DNA of 64,000 nt from Zygnema circumcarinatum SAG 698-1b. Lineage: Eukaryota > Plantae > Zygnematophyceae. Both the position numbers and the translations under genes were made by a program. Numbering within the stretch: position 1 is the stretch's first letter; every line of letters starts with the position of its first letter. Below the pieces are notes generated by a model, which was given only the letters and a program-made list of their open reading frames with translations, did not search any database and had not been told where the DNA came from. This document shows, piece after piece, positions 61,201 through 64,000 of the stretch. The stretch lies in NCBI GenBank assembly GCA_037447605.1, contig CM074809.1, positions 2,966,689 to 3,030,688 on the forward strand, written 5' to 3'.

Positions 61201-61908
61201 AAACTAAGCATGTGCTGAAACAAAGGAAGACTTTAATTAGAGAACAGAACATTCCTACGAGCAGCTACCTGTTCTCCTTCCGGAACTCCAATCTGCAGGC
61301 TCTGATCGAAGGTCGGTCTGTTTCCACCCTTCCGAATCGTTTTCGTCTGCACAAATCAAATCAACTAACAAACGACTGAAACAAATCTGCTCATTGAAAA
61401 ACTGAAGAATGAGAAAGCTTACACCTTTTTACCAGCGCGCTTTCACTGCTAGAAGCTCTTGCAACTTCTCTCACAAGGTAGCAAGGGGACAAAGGAAGCG
61501 AGCAGAAACCCGAGCAACACTACGGAACACGGAGAACGATGTCCTCGCTGCAATGACAAGCGCCGCCGGCCTGCTCGCTTGCGTACAGAACGAGAACTGA
61601 AATCCTGCAGTCGATGACCTCTACCAAACCCTAAATGCTCGCCCAGCCCCAGTGCATCCTGTCGCCGCACGTCCCCCCCTCCCCCCATCCCCACCCCCTC
61701 CCCCTGCCCCTCCCCCTCTCCCTCCCGCCCCTCCCTCCCCCCCCCCCTCCCTCCCCTTCCCCCTCCCGCGCGTCACCTGCAGCACGGCGTCGGAGAGTGG
61801 GTCGGGCTCCCCAAAGAGGAAGCGCGCGTACACGTCCTGCTCGCCGTACGCGCTCAGGCTCTGCAGCCCCGCCGCGTGGTGCACGTGCACGTCCAGGATC
61901 CCCGCCAT
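58232..61908 (-). CDS. C2-domain (CaLB) protein of the At1g50570/At5g55530 type with a long disordered insert
   Basis: Exons 61908-61777, 61346-61269, 61110-60983, 60809-59308 (spans an N gap), 59178-58596, 58396-58232. C2 motifs GILDVHVHHA..QDVYAR|TKTIRKGGNRPTFDQ|LKCEVFM..DKLLGFAKIPL|PAGTLTLTLAY. Family-typical C-terminus YGSHAFF. Confidence 0.85.
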
Positions 61909-62749
61909 GCCGCGCCCGCCGCTCCGAGGGTGGCTCCGCGCCGTCATCTCTCCGCCGCCTCCTCTCACTCCTCTCCACCACCGGCTACCTCCTCTGCTCC
62001 CCTCCTACTCCCGCTTCAAGCCCGCCATGCCCGCGAGAGGAATCCTATTGAAGGAAAATCCCACCTCCCGTTCCATTCAGACTGCAGCCTCGTCCCTTCT
62101 TCCCCCTCCCTTAGCCCCTGCGCACGCTGAGCTCCCCGCCGCCATGGCTGAGCGAGCAGGCCTCCGTCTTAGGGTTGGGTGGGCCGAGGGCGAAAGAAAG
62201 GAAGGGAGGAAGGAAGGCACCGCGAAGCTTCGCCCGCGGACTCTCCCTGACGGGCCGCCGCCGCCGCTGACGGCCGCTGACGGCCGGCCGCGTCACGGCT
62301 GCCGGCCGGCGGCCACGTGTCGCCATCCTGACTGTCTGTATCATGCCATCCGACGGTCCATTAAAGCAGCCTCGTGGGGGCGCGTGCGTGGTCGAGGGCG
62401 GACGAAGGGTGACGTCATCCACAGATTTTTATTGGGTGGGATTTCCTGCTTTCTCTTTTTTTTTTTGGGTTGGGCAGGGGAGCAGGAAACGACAAAATGT
62501 CGGTGCACGAAAATTACGGCGCGCTGCGTGATCGGAGCGGATGCGGGCGGCCGGCGCGGCCCGCGGCGGCATGCTGACGTGGTGGCCTGTGCTTGGTCAT
62601 AAGGGGGCGCGACTCCCGTGGAAGCGTGTCGGCGCGAAGCTTCGCATGGCCCTGGCCACCACGTGGCAGCGGCCGCCCGCTGGAGGCCCACTGGGGCGGC
62701 TCTTCCGAGGACGATCGTGCGTATCCGCTGACGTATGAAACCATACTAA

Positions 62750-62990
62750 AAGCGTACGGCTCCAATCCGGAGGAAGACTATCGTATCTAAATGACGCCAT
62801 CGATTTGACATGACTCAGCGGACTCCGCACTCGGATAGGTACGGGATTGTTACGGAAAAGTACGAAATGTACGAAATAGTACGGAGGAGATGAGACGTCA
62901 GCCAGAGGGCGGCCGCGGGCTGCGGCGAAGTCCCCTTCCGGGATGCCGCCCAGCTGCAACTTCCACGTCACCAGTGACGTCACGTACGGA
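62750..62990. promoter_or_regulatory. GTACG/ACGT motif cluster upstream of the C2 gene
   Basis: Six GTAC cores, plus TGACGTCA and CCACGTCA motifs. Confidence 0.35.
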
Positions 62991-63496
62991 TCCATGTTAC
63001 TGATGCTGCTTACGTAGACGCTCCTTGTTTGGCGATGTGCTGTTCAGTGCTAAATCACTGAAACTGAAGCTGGGATTGCAACTGCAACTGCAACTGCATG
63101 TGTAAGGGTCCGAGATGGGCGACATGAGAGGGACACGCATGCATACATTCCCTGCAAGCCCGCCCTCTTTATTGACGCACAGAAATGCCTGCCTGCCTGC
63201 CTGCTCTCGTCTCGCCCACTCGCTCCAAAAGCAGCCTAGACTCTACCTCTAAGCGTGCTCTGTAGCCGAAGACATACCCTCCCTCCCTCGCATTAAAGGC
63301 CGCTTGGGTTGCCCGACACTGCGAAGGCGTTCATATTAAACCAGAACATGAATACATCTCAATATCTAATCCTCAAACGAATTGAATCGGGTAGCGAAAC
63401 AACGTTGGATGCCCTCCAAGACGCGGTCGCCAGCCAGCGCCCAGAGAGGCGGCTCATGTCAGGGCACGGGACGAAGCGCCCTACTGCCCTACTGCC

Positions 63497-63916
63497 CTAG
63501 TGCCCTACTACTGCTGGGGGGGGGGCGGGGGGGCCGTGGCGGTCCTCCCATTGGCGGCGGCCCTCCGCGGCGAGGCGCAGCATCTCCTTGTACTGCCCGT
63601 TGGCGCCGTCGTAGTCGCACACCGCGACCGTGCTCATGCGCACGCGCCGCCCAAAGGCCTGCGCGCCCACCCGCCCACAGGCCCCCTTCAGTCACTCTCA
63701 CATGGCAGGGGGCGCTAGGCCTGCTGCACCCTTACCGCGCTGCAGCCTGCATGGAGGGAGGCAGAGGGAGGGAGGGAGGGAGGGAGACAGAGGGAGGGAG
63801 ACAGAGGGAGGGAGCGCTCACCTGCGCAATGCGGCTCCGTGTGAGGGCGAATACCACTTCCGTTTCGTTGGCAGCCGCCTGGTCCAGCAGACTCTGCAGA
63901 GTGGAGTCGAGCCCGC
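63497..63916 (-). CDS. SECISBP2: SECIS-binding protein 2 homologue, 3' end (L7Ae RNA-binding domain); 5' part lies beyond the window
   Basis: Exons 63916-63822 and 63658-63497 splice to GGLDSTLQSLLDQAAANETEVVFALTRSRIAQ|AFGRRVRMSTVAVCDYDGANGQYKEMLRLAAEGRRQW. This parallels recalled SBP2 GGLDDTL..IPFVFALNRKALG..VSVVGIFSYDGAQDQFHKMVEL. Confidence 0.82.
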
Positions 63917-64000
63917 CTGCAGGGTTCCATGGCAACACACATTCAAACCGCGTCAAAACGGAACGGCAAGTTTTCGAATTGCATACGCTTCAAATCGCAT

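Noticed and set aside
1-64000. CRISPR arrays, rRNA, tRNA, autonomous transposase/RT genes
   Set aside because: None seen. The repeats lack repeat-spacer structure and no transposase or reverse transcriptase motifs were recognised.

Overview
Eukaryotic, intron-rich nuclear DNA, most consistent with a streptophyte (charophyte) green alga. The gene set is land-plant-like, but the window also carries a SECIS-binding protein 2 homologue, which land plants lack. I can support 13 protein-coding genes, reconstructed by hand from GT/GC-AG splice sites and recalled protein motifs: F-box protein (-), TAF9 (+), UFL1 (+), plastid SufD (-), SEUSS (+), MHX/NCX-type exchanger (-), DnaJ/DnaJ-X protein (+), a ~930-aa intronless ERF group V (ERN/RAP2.11-like) factor (-), ELIP (+), a membrane-anchored RING-HC E3 (+), RPS6 (+), a C2-domain protein (-) and the 3' end of SBP2 (-). 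The 34.8-50.8 kb zone holds several non-autonomous DNA transposons: a Harbinger-type MITE, two copies of a ~945-bp foldback element with 8-bp TSDs (one nested in a TA-flanked element) and a related third element. It also holds a 2.6-kb polypyrimidine higher-order repeat. Two apparently unrelated transposon families carry exact CCAAT-N9-CCACG (ERSE-type) motifs. No database searches were run; homology calls rest on motif recall.
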